NCBI GenBank assembly: GCA_045593845.1
Contig: JAZNXK010000004.1
Span: 78,296-142,295 of the forward strand
Direction of reading: 5' to 3'
DNA length: 64,000 nucleotides
From: Alphaproteobacteria bacterium
GTDB taxonomy: Bacteria > Pseudomonadota > Alphaproteobacteria > RF32 > CAG-239
Of this stretch, positions 47,335 to 57,463 are shown one piece after another (position 1 is the stretch's first letter; the number at the start of each line of letters is the position of its first letter). A program made the translations under genes and the position numbers. Below the pieces are notes generated by a model that saw nothing but the letters and a program-made list of their open reading frames with translations, searched no databases and was not told the origin of the DNA.

Positions 47335-48856
47335 AGCGCAAACCGGTATTATACCACTCTATTGCGGTGCCGCTTGTCTTGGTCCTAAAAACAACAGAAG
47401 CCTTAAAACCAAGCGCATTATTACCGATCCACTGGCTTTGAATTTTAGTTTTCAAACTTCCCCATTTTGTTCCTATCGGTTGCGCCAGACAGCTCCACTT
47501 GCTGAAATTCCACCTGCTGCCGCTTGCACTTCCGATATTTTCGGCATATTCTTTATCTTGATCATCAAAATCCATATTGGTATAGATATTTAATGCAAAA
47601 GACGTATTGCTTTTTATCCTGGGGTTTAACATCAAAATTTTCTTAAAACTTGCACTACCCAAAGCACAATATGCCTGATGCACAGAGCCGGCAATCGGCA
47701 TACCGTCATCCGATTGTCCTTCATCAAACAAATAAACTCCGCTTTCCGAACCAAAAAACAAGCGACCTTCAAACAAACACCAACACAATGAGTTAATTCC
47801 CACAAAACGGCACCAAGCACCGGAACTCATATTGATTACATGTTGCTCAAACTGCGCTCCGATAGGCACATTAAAAAGTGCATATCCTCCTCGCGGATAA
47901 ATAATTCCCTGCCAACCGAATAAATTTTTTCCGTTTTTAACTCGGCTCAAAAACAGGCCTCTTATCTTGTCACTGTAAGCAACGGAATTTACATTACTGC
48001 CGGCAAGTTTCAGCACCGCACTCAACGGCAAATATCCTTCTTCGCAAATCAGAACTATGTCGCCTTGATATTGCAAAACGCAGTTATCTCCGATAGGCCG
48101 GCTGACAAAATATTTTCCGCGCATTTTCCAATCATCAGGGTCAGAAGGATTACTGCCGGAATAAACCAATACTTCACCTTCCGAGGTTATAAAAACCGTC
48201 AAATCATCAATTCCCTGTCCCCCATCCAAAGTCCAAGAAGCAATTGCTGCCAAATATCCGCCTTTGGTGGTCAAAAATGATAAATCAACTTTGTTTAACG
48301 TGCCTTGAACCTCACCAACTCCATCCGCATACCAATAGCAAAGAGAATTTTTCTCCACATAGAAGACTCTTTGTTTTGAGATAGTCGGCTTACATAAATG
48401 CTTTTTTACCAATTCTGTTCCGCTCAAAACTGTATCTTCCCAAACAAATACCCCCTGCCCGTTTTCATAATAGGAAAGCGGATTATCAACCCCGTTGGCA
48501 AGCAACAATCTATCTCTGAATTGCACATATTGCCAAACATTGCAATCCAGTTCATCAACCATAACATCATCAGAACCGCTGGTCACATCAATAATTTTAC
48601 CGGCAGTTGCTGCAAACAAACGACTATGTTGCGGATTGCAAAATTTTATCAAAGTTTCAATACTTGTATCTGCATCTTGTAAGGCATAGGCCTTATATCC
48701 GTTTCGAAGACAAACACTGCTTTCCGAAGGATAATAATTATCCATTAAAATTGCATCCGTATCTTCCATGGCATCAATACTGTCACGCATATTAAGCCCG
48801 CCAATCGGCGATGGCAAAATATAGTTAATTGAGCGATTAACATTCCTTCTTAACAT
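47309..48856 (-). CDS. large tail/nozzle-type structural protein (515 aa)
   Basis: Its position between the head-completion genes and the fibres. No motif recognised. Confidence 0.5.
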   Translation of the reverse strand: MLRRNVNRSINYILPSPIGGLNMRDSIDAMEDTDAILMDNYYPSESSVCLRNGYKAYALQDADTSIETLIKFCNPQHSRLFAATAGKIIDVTSGSDDVMVDELDCNVWQYVQFRDRLLLANGVDNPLSYYENGQGVFVWEDTVLSGTELVKKHLCKPTISKQRVFYVEKNSLCYWYADGVGEVQGTLNKVDLSFLTTKGGYLAAIASWTLDGGQGIDDLTVFITSEGEVLVYSGSNPSDPDDWKMRGKYFVSRPIGDNCVLQYQGDIVLICEEGYLPLSAVLKLAGSNVNSVAYSDKIRGLFLSRVKNGKNLFGWQGIIYPRGGYALFNVPIGAQFEQHVINMSSGAWCRFVGINSLCWCLFEGRLFFGSESGVYLFDEGQSDDGMPIAGSVHQAYCALGSASFKKILMLNPRIKSNTSFALNIYTNMDFDDQDKEYAENIGSASGSRWNFSKWSCLAQPIGTKWGSLKTKIQSQWIGNNALGFKASVVFRTKTSGTAIEWYNTGLRFEQGEGLG

Positions 48857-49544
48857 AAACTATCCCCCCGTCTGAAACAGTTTTTTGCTCTCCCGACAGC
48901 ACAATATCAGAACTTGCCAATCCGGCACCGAAACGTTTTTTGCACTCCTGCTGATATTCCAAATATTCCTCTGAATAATCCAAACCGTTACGCGCCTGCA
49001 AACGCCATCTGATTGCCAATTTTACCAAATATTCATCAAAAACGGGAATATCGCTATCCGCCGTAACTTCTGTTTTTTCAGTAAACATTCCACCGTCAAA
49101 AACCACATTTGCTGAACGATATTGGAATACAATTTTTACTCTCTCCGGCGGCTCTTGCAAAAATCTGAACATCGAATTCTGAATCTTAAACTTAATTCCG
49201 CAACTTGCATCACCGAAAAATTTCTCACGTTGCCACTGTTCGGGAGTTATTGCGCCTATTACTTTTTCTTCGGCATTTTTTATATAAACCGTATTATTCA
49301 AAAGCTGAAAAAAATCCGGACAAAACGTTTTGATTAAATAATCTTTTTTTCCTTTTAAGGTCACCAAATATCCGTCTTTTGTAAGCTCTTGCCAATCACC
49401 GACACGCAACAAACCATTCAACGCATCTTTTGCTACACTCAAAAAAATTCTTGCATTTTGGCTTGATTTATCAAACAATGTTGTCGGTGCCTGAACACAA
49501 GCCACATCAGCGACGTCTTGACATATTTCGAGAATACTTTTCAT
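48837..49544 (-). CDS. head-tail adaptor/structural protein (235 aa)
   Basis: Call rests on position only. Confidence 0.45.
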   Translation of the reverse strand: MKSILEICQDVADVACVQAPTTLFDKSSQNARIFLSVAKDALNGLLRVGDWQELTKDGYLVTLKGKKDYLIKTFCPDFFQLLNNTVYIKNAEEKVIGAITPEQWQREKFFGDASCGIKFKIQNSMFRFLQEPPERVKIVFQYRSANVVFDGGMFTEKTEVTADSDIPVFDEYLVKLAIRWRLQARNGLDYSEEYLEYQQECKKRFGAGLASSDIVLSGEQKTVSDGGIVYVKKEC

Positions 49545-50091
49545 TTCTGTTCCCCACTCTTATCTGTTGTTGCAAATCTTCAATTCTGCTTTCCAATAAT
49601 TTTATCTTCTGCAAATATTCCTCTTCTTTCTTCTGCCACTTTGCCAAAGACAAATTTCCCTTTGCTTGCTGAACAAATTTATAAGCCAACTCCTTTTCTT
49701 TGGCCAAACCCAACTCTTCAGCTCTTTGCTCTGAAAGTTCGGCCAAATTTTCTACCGTAAAAATTCCTCTCAATTTCAAAGTCTCAATCTCCGCAGCATC
49801 CAAAAAAGCAAATTGCTCCAAAGGTGTCCCTTCTTTTATCTTTTTTTTAGACATCTGATAAAGGGCATATTCTTTCGGAAAACGTCGTATTTTATCTTTT
49901 GTTGCTTGTTGGTCATAGACCTCGGAATTATTATCCTTAATTCTAATTTCACAAAAACAAACCAGCTTAAATTTTGGTAGACCATCATCCGTCAATTTAT
50001 CTGTCTTAATCACACGATCATAAAAACGCGCAATTACTCCTTCTTCGGAATAACTGTTATTGGCAATTTTTTCAAAAGTTGCAAAATCCAT
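49507..50091 (-). CDS. phage structural-module protein (194 aa)
   Basis: Call rests on its position downstream of the capsid gene. Confidence 0.45.
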   Translation of the reverse strand: MDFATFEKIANNSYSEEGVIARFYDRVIKTDKLTDDGLPKFKLVCFCEIRIKDNNSEVYDQQATKDKIRRFPKEYALYQMSKKKIKEGTPLEQFAFLDAAEIETLKLRGIFTVENLAELSEQRAEELGLAKEKELAYKFVQQAKGNLSLAKWQKKEEEYLQKIKLLESRIEDLQQQIRVGNRNEKYSRNMSRRR

Positions 50092-50160
50092 TGGCTTATC
50101 CTTTTTTCTAATTGTTTCTGAAAAGGCGGCTCAAAAGAGCCGCCTGATATACACTTGCGA

Positions 50161-51180
50161 CTATTCAGTGCCGCCTTCGCCTTCAGTTTCGGTTTCTGTT
50201 TCAGCTTCTTCTGCACTGGCATTAATCAAAACACCTTGCAATTGAGCATTGCTCATAGTCATATTACCTGCCCAACCGATAATCTTATAAATGGCATCTT
50301 GATTAACTGCCAATCTCTCTCCGCCAATAACCTTCATATTGCGGTCTTGATGAGAACGCAGATATAAATAATTGGTATTCAAGAAATACATCTTATCATC
50401 AGGGCAGCATCCGCCTTGACCGCCGTCACAAACAACATCGGCACCTTTATAGCGCAAAGCCTCAAAACCAACCTCAGCAAGTTTGTTATCACAAAAACGC
50501 TGTTGAGAAGTCAAAGATTCCTCAAACAAAGCATAAAGATCACTGCCGGTAACAATCAAATCCGGCTTGTCGGTTCCGCGTGTCAAAGACATATACATCT
50601 TATCCATTGCCGGACGAATGGTGTCTTTTGTAAAAACAGATGCGGCAGTAGTAGATTTGTTGCGCCAAAATTCATTTCCGGAAGTAGCACGGTTAATACC
50701 TCCGACTGTGCCCGTTGTAGGAGTATCAGCAACCAACAAACTTAATCCGCCGATAGATTTTCCGCTTGCCTCTGTTCCGTCACCATAAACAGCTTCAGCC
50801 ATTTTATTACTCATTGTCTTAACTGCATTTTCAATTCTTTTTTCGAACAAATCCATCATCTGAAATTGGCCGGAATTTTTGAGTAAGTCTTCGCCCGAAA
50901 TAGCTACCGGAACTGCACAAAGTTTCAAAGAATATTCAGCCGCACTGAACAAATCTTTCGGACTGTATTGAATTGTATCATAACCGGAATACCAAGTCAT
51001 ATCTCCTTGTCCGTATTCCAACTCTTCGACAATTTTTGAACCACCGCTTACAGTGCGATTATGCCCTTTTTCTTGCAAACGGTTAAGCAAAGCATTGTTC
51101 TTGGAAACAACGTCGGCAAGCTGACCGCTACGATTTTCTAGAGTGCTGGTAAAAATATCACTATAATTAGAATTTGCCAT
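50161..51180 (-). CDS. major capsid protein
   Basis: 339 aa, directly after the scaffold-like gene, with a strong RBS. The C-terminus is an acidic ETETETEGEGG tail. Confidence 0.7.
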   Translation of the reverse strand: MANSNYSDIFTSTLENRSGQLADVVSKNNALLNRLQEKGHNRTVSGGSKIVEELEYGQGDMTWYSGYDTIQYSPKDLFSAAEYSLKLCAVPVAISGEDLLKNSGQFQMMDLFEKRIENAVKTMSNKMAEAVYGDGTEASGKSIGGLSLLVADTPTTGTVGGINRATSGNEFWRNKSTTAASVFTKDTIRPAMDKMYMSLTRGTDKPDLIVTGSDLYALFEESLTSQQRFCDNKLAEVGFEALRYKGADVVCDGGQGGCCPDDKMYFLNTNYLYLRSHQDRNMKVIGGERLAVNQDAIYKIIGWAGNMTMSNAQLQGVLINASAEEAETETETEGEGGTE

Positions 51181-51205
51181 CTTCTTTTCCTTTTATAAAA
51201 TTAAC

Positions 51206-51916
51206 CTAATCATTATTCAAATTTGCAAATTGACGCTCCAGCATTTCTCTGGTTGTCAATCCGCTGTTCATTTCATCGCTTCTGCGATGTCCCGAGACAT
51301 TAAAAGCGGCATCTTGCGCCGCTTTTGCCTCTTCTGCCTTAGCCAAAATTTCTGCATCTCGCCTCATCTTGGCCTCAAAATTCAAACGCAAAGAAGCAAC
51401 TTCTGCCAAAACACGGTTAAGATCATTCATCAAAACATTTGTTTTGGCACCGAGAGCCGCACAAATCTGCAAAACTCTGTTATCGTCTTGCGAATTACCT
51501 ATGTTAATGCCATAAACTTTTCCCAAAAACTGCAAAACCTCGGCCGGTTTTTGTTCGATAAGATCTTCTGCCAAAATCAAATGCTCAATCCAATCTCTTG
51601 CGGTTTTAAAACCTCTTTTAGAGCCTTTAGTATTAAAAGCATCATCAATAAAACGTCTGGCATTTACTTCTTCTTTGAGTTGAGAAATTGTCTTTTCAAT
51701 TTCTCCCTCTCTTTCACAAATATATTTGCGCATCTCAAGCGGCAACCCGTGAAAAGTGTTTCTGATTTCGCCGACATAAGCTGTCGGAGCCTCGGCAAAA
51801 CTGTCATCAGGCATAATTGCCGCCACAACTTCATTTTGCTCAACTATTTCACTTTTAGGATTGTCGTTGTGCTTTGCAAACTCTTGTTCCAGTATTTCTC
51901 TGGTTGTCTTTTGCAT
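51206..51916 (-). CDS. scaffolding-like protein
   Basis: Helical, charged, about 236 aa, lying between portal and capsid. Start at MQKTTREI has an AAGGAG RBS. Confidence 0.6.
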   Translation of the reverse strand: MQKTTREILEQEFAKHNDNPKSEIVEQNEVVAAIMPDDSFAEAPTAYVGEIRNTFHGLPLEMRKYICEREGEIEKTISQLKEEVNARRFIDDAFNTKGSKRGFKTARDWIEHLILAEDLIEQKPAEVLQFLGKVYGINIGNSQDDNRVLQICAALGAKTNVLMNDLNRVLAEVASLRLNFEAKMRRDAEILAKAEEAKAAQDAAFNVSGHRRSDEMNSGLTTREMLERQFANLNND

Positions 51917-52139
51917 TCCATATTCTCCTTTTATAATTATTGATAAATTCCGCAAAAAATTCTTTGCGAACAGCCTGCTCCCGAGAAAATTTCACTTCTC
52001 GACGATAGGCATCCGAAAAATCGCCGACCGGGCTAAGATTGTTTGCCTTCAAATATCTGTCCACATCTTGCACACACTCGGCGACACTCCCGTCCGGAAG
52101 CACTAAAGCCTCCGTCCATTGTTTTGAAAAATAAGTCAT
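51855..52139 (-). CDS. small phage protein (94 aa)
   Basis: ATG lies just after the portal stop. Its 3' end overlaps the scaffold start. Confidence 0.4.
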   Translation of the reverse strand: MTYFSKQWTEALVLPDGSVAECVQDVDRYLKANNLSPVGDFSDAYRREVKFSREQAVRKEFFAEFINNYKRRIWNAKDNQRNTGTRVCKAQRQS

Positions 52140-52141
52140 TT

Positions 52142-53971
52142 TCAATTTACCTTTTCTTTTGAATTATCCTGCTGTTTCTGTGCAGTTTGCACCGCAAGTT
52201 CTTTATTGGCAAAAGCCAATTTTTCAGCCTCAATTTTTGCCTTAATATCAAGTTCCTTATTTTTTAGGGCATTTTTCTGCAGTTCTATAATTTGCTTGAT
52301 ATTCGGACTATTATCATCATCTTTTTTATTTTGTTCTGGCAATATTGCTTGTGCATTCGGTATTTCAGAAACATTTTCATCCAGCAATAACTCTCGTTCA
52401 ATAGAATTAAACACTCCCTCAAGTACCGTATCAAAAGATCTTGCTCGCGGCATGGTGGATATAATTGCCTCAACCATACATCTGTATAAAGGAAGTAATT
52501 TAGGCTGCGTGGAAACGGTAAGCAAAGCCTCTTGCACCGTTTTTCCTAGATTGGAAACCGCCGCAATCATACTCGCATTTTCTTCGGCCTTGTTAATCAC
52601 GCTACCGGTCTCAACCGTAAACAACATTCCGCGAAGTTTTTCGGTTTTAAGCAAGCGCACCGCCATCTCCGCCAGTCCTTTTTCCTGCTTTTGTTCTTCA
52701 GGCAAAAAAGAAGCCAATTTTTCATCGCTGAAATATTCGCAGATAATTTCTGCCTTAATTCTCAACAAATCCCTGATAAATCTTTGCATATCATTTTGTC
52801 TGTCCTGATTGCGCAAAGTTCCAAAATTTGTCTTTTTGATAATTGCCGTCGCCGTGTCAGCACTGTTGGAATTTCCACGCATAATATCCGAAACACCGGT
52901 AATCTCAAAAATATTATTGATAACATCTTGTCTGCGTTTTGAAAGTTGCTCCAATGCCGCAATATATTGTTCCAAAGGTACAAAGTCGATAACCGACCTA
53001 ATTCCGCCACTCTCACGCAATTTTGTAAAATCTGAAACCGAAACCAAAGTCACGTCTTTACTCAAAATATCTGCCAATTCCGGAAAAGAATTGTCATAAG
53101 CCCCGCTGACTTTTAAGGCCTGCATGGTAAGCTTCATGCGATTATTTATCCCATTTAGCTCATTCAGCATTTCTTTTATCAAACAATAATCCGGCGCCGG
53201 AATAAGGCTGTCATTGGTCTGGGTAGCCCAAATCGGCTTCGGACAAGGAAAGAAATTTTGCATTCCGCAAACATTGGCGCTGATTTTCAAAAATCTGTCA
53301 GAACAAGCTTTTGAAAGCCAATAAACACGACGGCTTTTCTTATCCCACACCTCATACACCAAAATATCGCCTTTAATTTTTATATTATCGACCGCAAAAT
53401 TTTGCTTTACTTCATCAGCAGTCATATAAATTTTTCGCGCTACCCAATCGACTTCTTCCCAAACACCTTTTTTCATGCAATCGGCAATAAAATCTTTTGG
53501 ATCAACATAGATTGACTCAACTTTCTCATCTTTTTTTACAGTCAATTTTTCCAACGGATTTATAGGATTTGGAACTTCTGTAAATTCCGGTTTATATTGT
53601 TCCCAAAGCACTCCTGTTCCCGAAATCAAAAAGTCGTTGCGGGCATATTTTATAACACTGTCAAAATCAAATTGCGCCAAATCCCACTCCAAAGCTTTTT
53701 CCAAAATAGTGCAAGCCGCGCGCTCCGCCCTATTGGCGCTTTTGTTTTGCCGCTCAATATAAAATTGCGGTTGCTTAAAATATAAAAAAGGCTTCAATGT
53801 TTCTATTGTTGACCAAAAAATATTATATTTTCCGCCGTCATATTTTCGTTCATCTTTATAAACCTTTCTTGTCTCGTCAACCAATTGATAATAAGCATCA
53901 TACTCCTTTTCGGCAGAGGCAATTTTTGCAAACCACTCCTTAAGCAAGGATTTTTCTTCTGTTTCATTCAT
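52142..53971 (-). CDS. portal protein
   Basis: About 610 aa, lying between the large terminase/GroES genes and the scaffold and capsid genes. Confidence 0.7.
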   Translation of the reverse strand: MNETEEKSLLKEWFAKIASAEKEYDAYYQLVDETRKVYKDERKYDGGKYNIFWSTIETLKPFLYFKQPQFYIERQNKSANRAERAACTILEKALEWDLAQFDFDSVIKYARNDFLISGTGVLWEQYKPEFTEVPNPINPLEKLTVKKDEKVESIYVDPKDFIADCMKKGVWEEVDWVARKIYMTADEVKQNFAVDNIKIKGDILVYEVWDKKSRRVYWLSKACSDRFLKISANVCGMQNFFPCPKPIWATQTNDSLIPAPDYCLIKEMLNELNGINNRMKLTMQALKVSGAYDNSFPELADILSKDVTLVSVSDFTKLRESGGIRSVIDFVPLEQYIAALEQLSKRRQDVINNIFEITGVSDIMRGNSNSADTATAIIKKTNFGTLRNQDRQNDMQRFIRDLLRIKAEIICEYFSDEKLASFLPEEQKQEKGLAEMAVRLLKTEKLRGMLFTVETGSVINKAEENASMIAAVSNLGKTVQEALLTVSTQPKLLPLYRCMVEAIISTMPRARSFDTVLEGVFNSIERELLLDENVSEIPNAQAILPEQNKKDDDNSPNIKQIIELQKNALKNKELDIKAKIEAEKLAFANKELAVQTAQKQQDNSKEKVN

Positions 53972-54221
53972 CTTCAAAAACTCCCAAAATACTGTTTTCT
54001 CTCAAAGCTACAACGTCTTTTTCCGGCATAGGCAAATCATCAAAAACATGAAACAACACCCTGTCACCGACCTTAACCGACCTCACATCTTTGCCCACCG
54101 AAACAACTTCTCCCGTCGTTCGCTGATTTGCAAAGCCATCGCATAAAAATATTCCCCCGTCTGTAGTTGCCTTTTCTTCAGGCAGCTTAACAAACACCCT
54201 GTCCATTATCGCCTGTATCAT
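53964..54221 (-). CDS. GroES/Cpn10-like co-chaperonin (85 aa)
   Basis: GroES pattern: DRVFVK..E....T.GGI.L.......G.VV.VG......V.VGD.V.F. Confidence 0.7.
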   Translation of the reverse strand: MIQAIMDRVFVKLPEEKATTDGGIFLCDGFANQRTTGEVVSVGKDVRSVKVGDRVLFHVFDDLPMPEKDVVALRENSILGVFEDE

Positions 54222-54308
54222 TTTTCTCCTTTCTGATAAAAACCGCTTGCCAGCGGAATATTGCCAACAAAAAAGGCCGCTAAAAGCAGCCTCGTTTTTC
54301 ATAAAATT

Positions 54309-55661
54309 TTACCACCCTATTTTCGTTTTGGCGGCATCACAGAAAATATCTTCAACACAAATATTTCCTTTTGCATAAATTTTCGGCACACCTTTATCAA
54401 AAACCGGTTCGGCAAACGTAAGTGCCAAAGCATCTGCCATATCCGGAGATCTTCCCAATCTTTTCTTCATCTCCGCTTTACCTTCCAGCTTCAAACGTCC
54501 TCTGCTATCAAAATCTTTTCTTACCGCTGTCAGTTCATCAAACAAGCCTTCTTGCTGCGGTAACTTTGGAAAAGGGCTTTCTTCCAGCCACTCCAAAATT
54601 TCGCCCCACATTTCTGCTCTGCGATTATAATACCGCTCATCTTTAATAGCTTTTTCGCCAAAATAAACTCCGCGGATAATTTCCCCGAAACCTCTGTCTT
54701 TCAAAATATCAAAAACTCCGGCCCCCTGCCCGCCGATATCCATAAACAAACGCTTCGGATGACAGTTGCAAATAAAATTGGTGGCCAAATTTGCCACCTC
54801 TACATTACTTTTATTCTCATAGCTTTCAAAACGGTAACACAAGCGCCCTTTTCTGAAACAAAAAACAGTTTTATCATCCCCGAAACGCGCAATATCAAGC
54901 CCGATTATCAAAGGCGACGTTGTTGACAATATCTCTTGCGCAAAAGCCCTGCGCACAAGCAGAGAGCTTATAAGACAATTATTGCCCTGTTTCATTGGCT
55001 CTCCGAGCCAAATATGTTCATATTTTTCCAAGCTCCGTTTTTTGCATTTTTCCGCCTGCATAATCATTTCTTGCGGACAGAAAGGATTGTCATAATAATT
55101 TACTTTTTTTACCAAAGTTCGCTCATCGGGATTTGCCGCCACCGCAACCCATAAAGGATCGTTTTCGTATCGTCTGTTCATAGATATCCAAATCTCGGAA
55201 CCGTCCTTTCTGATTGTCGGCTCCAAAATTTCCCACGACATTGCTGATATTGTTTGCGCTTCTTCTATCCATGCAATATCAACACCTTCCAAAGATTTTA
55301 TCTTTTGTGCATCTTGATCTCTTAACCCCTTAAAAATAAAACAAGTTCCGGTAATTTTGTTTTCAATTTTTTCAGCACAGATATTATAATCGGTCAAACC
55401 ATAAAACTTAATTCTATCGCACAAAAGCTTATAAACGGAATCTTTTATGCTATCCTGTATCTCTCGCAAACATGCTATAAACAGCTTTTTCTTCCGCCCC
55501 AAAAAAAGCAAACTATCTGCAAAAGCATAACTTTTTCCGCCGGATCTTCCTCCATAAAAAAACTTAATCCGGCATTTCTCCGTCATCAAAGATGAAAATA
55601 TTGCCGGAATCTTCGCTGTGATCCTTTTCAAATTTCTTTTCCTTTCCTCTGACAAACTCAA
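54309..55661 (-). CDS. terL: terminase large subunit
   Basis: Walker A FFYGGRSGGKS and a C-terminal nuclease-type region. A TTG start is assumed. Confidence 0.88.
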   Translation of the reverse strand: MSLSEERKRNLKRITAKIPAIFSSLMTEKCRIKFFYGGRSGGKSYAFADSLLFLGRKKKLFIACLREIQDSIKDSVYKLLCDRIKFYGLTDYNICAEKIENKITGTCFIFKGLRDQDAQKIKSLEGVDIAWIEEAQTISAMSWEILEPTIRKDGSEIWISMNRRYENDPLWVAVAANPDERTLVKKVNYYDNPFCPQEMIMQAEKCKKRSLEKYEHIWLGEPMKQGNNCLISSLLVRRAFAQEILSTTSPLIIGLDIARFGDDKTVFCFRKGRLCYRFESYENKSNVEVANLATNFICNCHPKRLFMDIGGQGAGVFDILKDRGFGEIIRGVYFGEKAIKDERYYNRRAEMWGEILEWLEESPFPKLPQQEGLFDELTAVRKDFDSRGRLKLEGKAEMKKRLGRSPDMADALALTFAEPVFDKGVPKIYAKGNICVEDIFCDAAKTKIGW

Positions 55662-56076
55662 CCAATACCTGCTTCAACTCATCTTTCAACGGCTGTCTGT
55701 CATTTTTTTCGGACCAACCGTGATTGGCCTTGAGGGCCGTTATGGACATTGAAGAATTATAAAACCCCAACCCCGCTGCGTTCATCAGCCATTCTTCCTG
55801 AAAACGCATTGCCTGCTCATACGCATCTCTAAATTCCTTAATAGTATCGCGCCAAGCAAACACCCTGTCTATCGTAACCCCTATATTTTCTGCAAAACGC
55901 ACAACCGTTGGGCAAGGTGCCGCAATTTTGTTGCTGACCACATCAAACTTTTCCGTTTTTTTATTAAAAACCTCCTTCGGCTCATCAATAAAAAGCGGCG
56001 CATCCCTAAACCACCCAATTATTTGTTTTGCATATTCTGTTTTATAATCCTTCGCAATCCTCATCTTTTTTCCCAT
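55564..56076 (-). CDS. terS: terminase small subunit
   Basis: 170 aa, immediately upstream of terL and overlapping it. Has an HTH-like N-terminal region. Confidence 0.65.
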   Translation of the reverse strand: MGKKMRIAKDYKTEYAKQIIGWFRDAPLFIDEPKEVFNKKTEKFDVVSNKIAAPCPTVVRFAENIGVTIDRVFAWRDTIKEFRDAYEQAMRFQEEWLMNAAGLGFYNSSMSITALKANHGWSEKNDRQPLKDELKQVLVEFVRGKEKKFEKDHSEDSGNIFIFDDGEMPD

Positions 56077-56153
56077 AAAAAAAGAGCCACAAAGGCTCTA
56101 TCAGTAAATAAACTTTTTATTAGACGCCGTCTGCACGCCACATCAAGCCTGCC

Positions 56154-56282
56154 TCAGCGCAAACCTGCATATTGCAGTTCATCCTGTATTGAAAATCCGC
56201 TATGGTCAACTCCATAGCTGTCAACTCCGTTATCCCCGTTCTCATACCCGAATGGCGATTGATATTTCCCGAAAAAATTCAT
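56154..56282 (-). pseudogene. N-module stub (42 codons) ending at an in-frame TGA inside the linker
   Basis: MNFFGKYQSPFGYENGDNGVDSYGVDHSGFSIQDELQYAGLR-stop, followed by remnants of GRLDVA. Confidence 0.65.
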
Positions 56283-56345
56283 CTCCTTCTCCCACAAAAA
56301 AAGGAGCCTCAAATGCTCCTGCAAAAAATCCCGTAATTCAAACCA

Positions 56346-56528
56346 CTAAAAAGGCAAACCTTGTTGCTTCTTAAAGATATTTTCTTTAGTTATAGGTACA
56401 CATCCTATTTTTTCATCCCATGTTAGACAATCCGAACGGCATATTTTTTGCTCCGGATCATAAATTTCTCCGCCATCAAGACAAACCATTTTCATTACAA
56501 ACATCAGGATAAATCCAGTCTTTTCCAT
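56346..56528 (-). pseudogene. N-terminally truncated copy of the Cys-rich immunity-like gene 40001..40237
   Basis: About 88% nucleotide identity by eye to 40001-40150. The TM anchor is missing. Confidence 0.55.
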
Positions 56529-56874
56529 GTTTATAGCATTTATCTAAAGTAAATTCTGCATCACATTCGCCGGTTGTTGGATTAAATGGTAAGTTATTTT
56601 GCATGCAAATAGCTATTATAACATCATTAGAAATACATCCTACTGGTTTATGACGACACTTTTCAAACAATTTAACTTGGTCATATGTCATCATAACACA
56701 ACCGTTAATTTTATTCCATACCAAACAGTCATCACGGCAACGTTTTTCTTTATAATCCCAAACATTACCGGCATCCAAACAACTGTTTTGCATAAGAAAA
56801 ACAAAGCATTTCCAAGCAACAAAACATAAAATTACCAAGAAAATAGTAATTCTTATAGCCTTCAAATTACGCAT
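56476..56874 (-). CDS. membrane-anchored Cys-rich protein (candidate immunity protein, 132 aa)
   Basis: N-terminal TM. CLDAGNVWDYKEKRCRDDCLVWNKINGCV is homologous to 40001..40237. Lies directly downstream of the SAA-like cargo. Confidence 0.65.
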   Translation of the reverse strand: MRNLKAIRITIFLVILCFVAWKCFVFLMQNSCLDAGNVWDYKEKRCRDDCLVWNKINGCVMMTYDQVKLFEKCRHKPVGCISNDVIIAICMQNNLPFNPTTGECDAEFTLDKCYKHGKDWIYPDVCNENGLS

Positions 56875-56886
56875 AATATCCTCACT

Positions 56887-57463
56887 CTACCAATACTCTT
56901 TAGGAAACGCCGGATTTTTTGTTCGATAATCCGCACATGCTTCTTCAGCATTATCGTACAGTCCGGAATCTCCACGCAACCGTCCCACAATATTCACATT
57001 CAAATCATGTGCTTTATCATCTTGAGCTTCTTCCTCGCTTTTCCTTTTGTATGCCTGATTCCAATAAAAGTCAAATTTTTCTTTTGCATCACCAAGCATT
57101 TTAGCAGTATTATACCCTAATGGACCGCGTGATGCTGCATTGTAATTAGCCTTACAATGATGGTAATCATCTAAATTTTTATAATTATGCTTTTTCATCT
57201 TAAAATATTCAGACACCATATCTTTTGTTGCACCAACAATTTGTTGAAGTGGAGATTGCTGGTTCTGCTGAATTTGCTCAGGCATATTTCTAACAAAATT
57301 GAGAGCATTTTGCACAGTCGGACTTATACTCGCCACATCAAGCCTGCCTTCGCGCATACCCGCATTGCGTTGAAAATCCGCTATGATCAACTCCATAGCT
57401 GTCAACTCCGTTATCCCCGCTCATATACCCGAATGGCGATTGATATTTCCCGAAAAAATCCAT
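56887..57463 (-). pseudogene. frameshifted modular toxin gene: N-module (33 aa) out of frame with linker plus SAA-like domain
   Basis: Frame 1 gives MDFFGKYQSPFGYMSGDNGVDSYGVDHSGFSTQ then a stop. The next frame gives ..NAGMREGRLDVASISPTVQNAL..DDYHHCKANYNAASRGP..FPKEYW. An internal ATG at MREGRL is possible. Confidence 0.65.

Noticed and set aside
51230-52808. Long plus-strand ORFs 51230..51943 (237 aa) and 52206..52808 (200 aa).
   Set aside because: They are antisense to the scaffold and portal genes within a tightly packed minus-strand operon, and have low-complexity F/S/I/L-rich composition.
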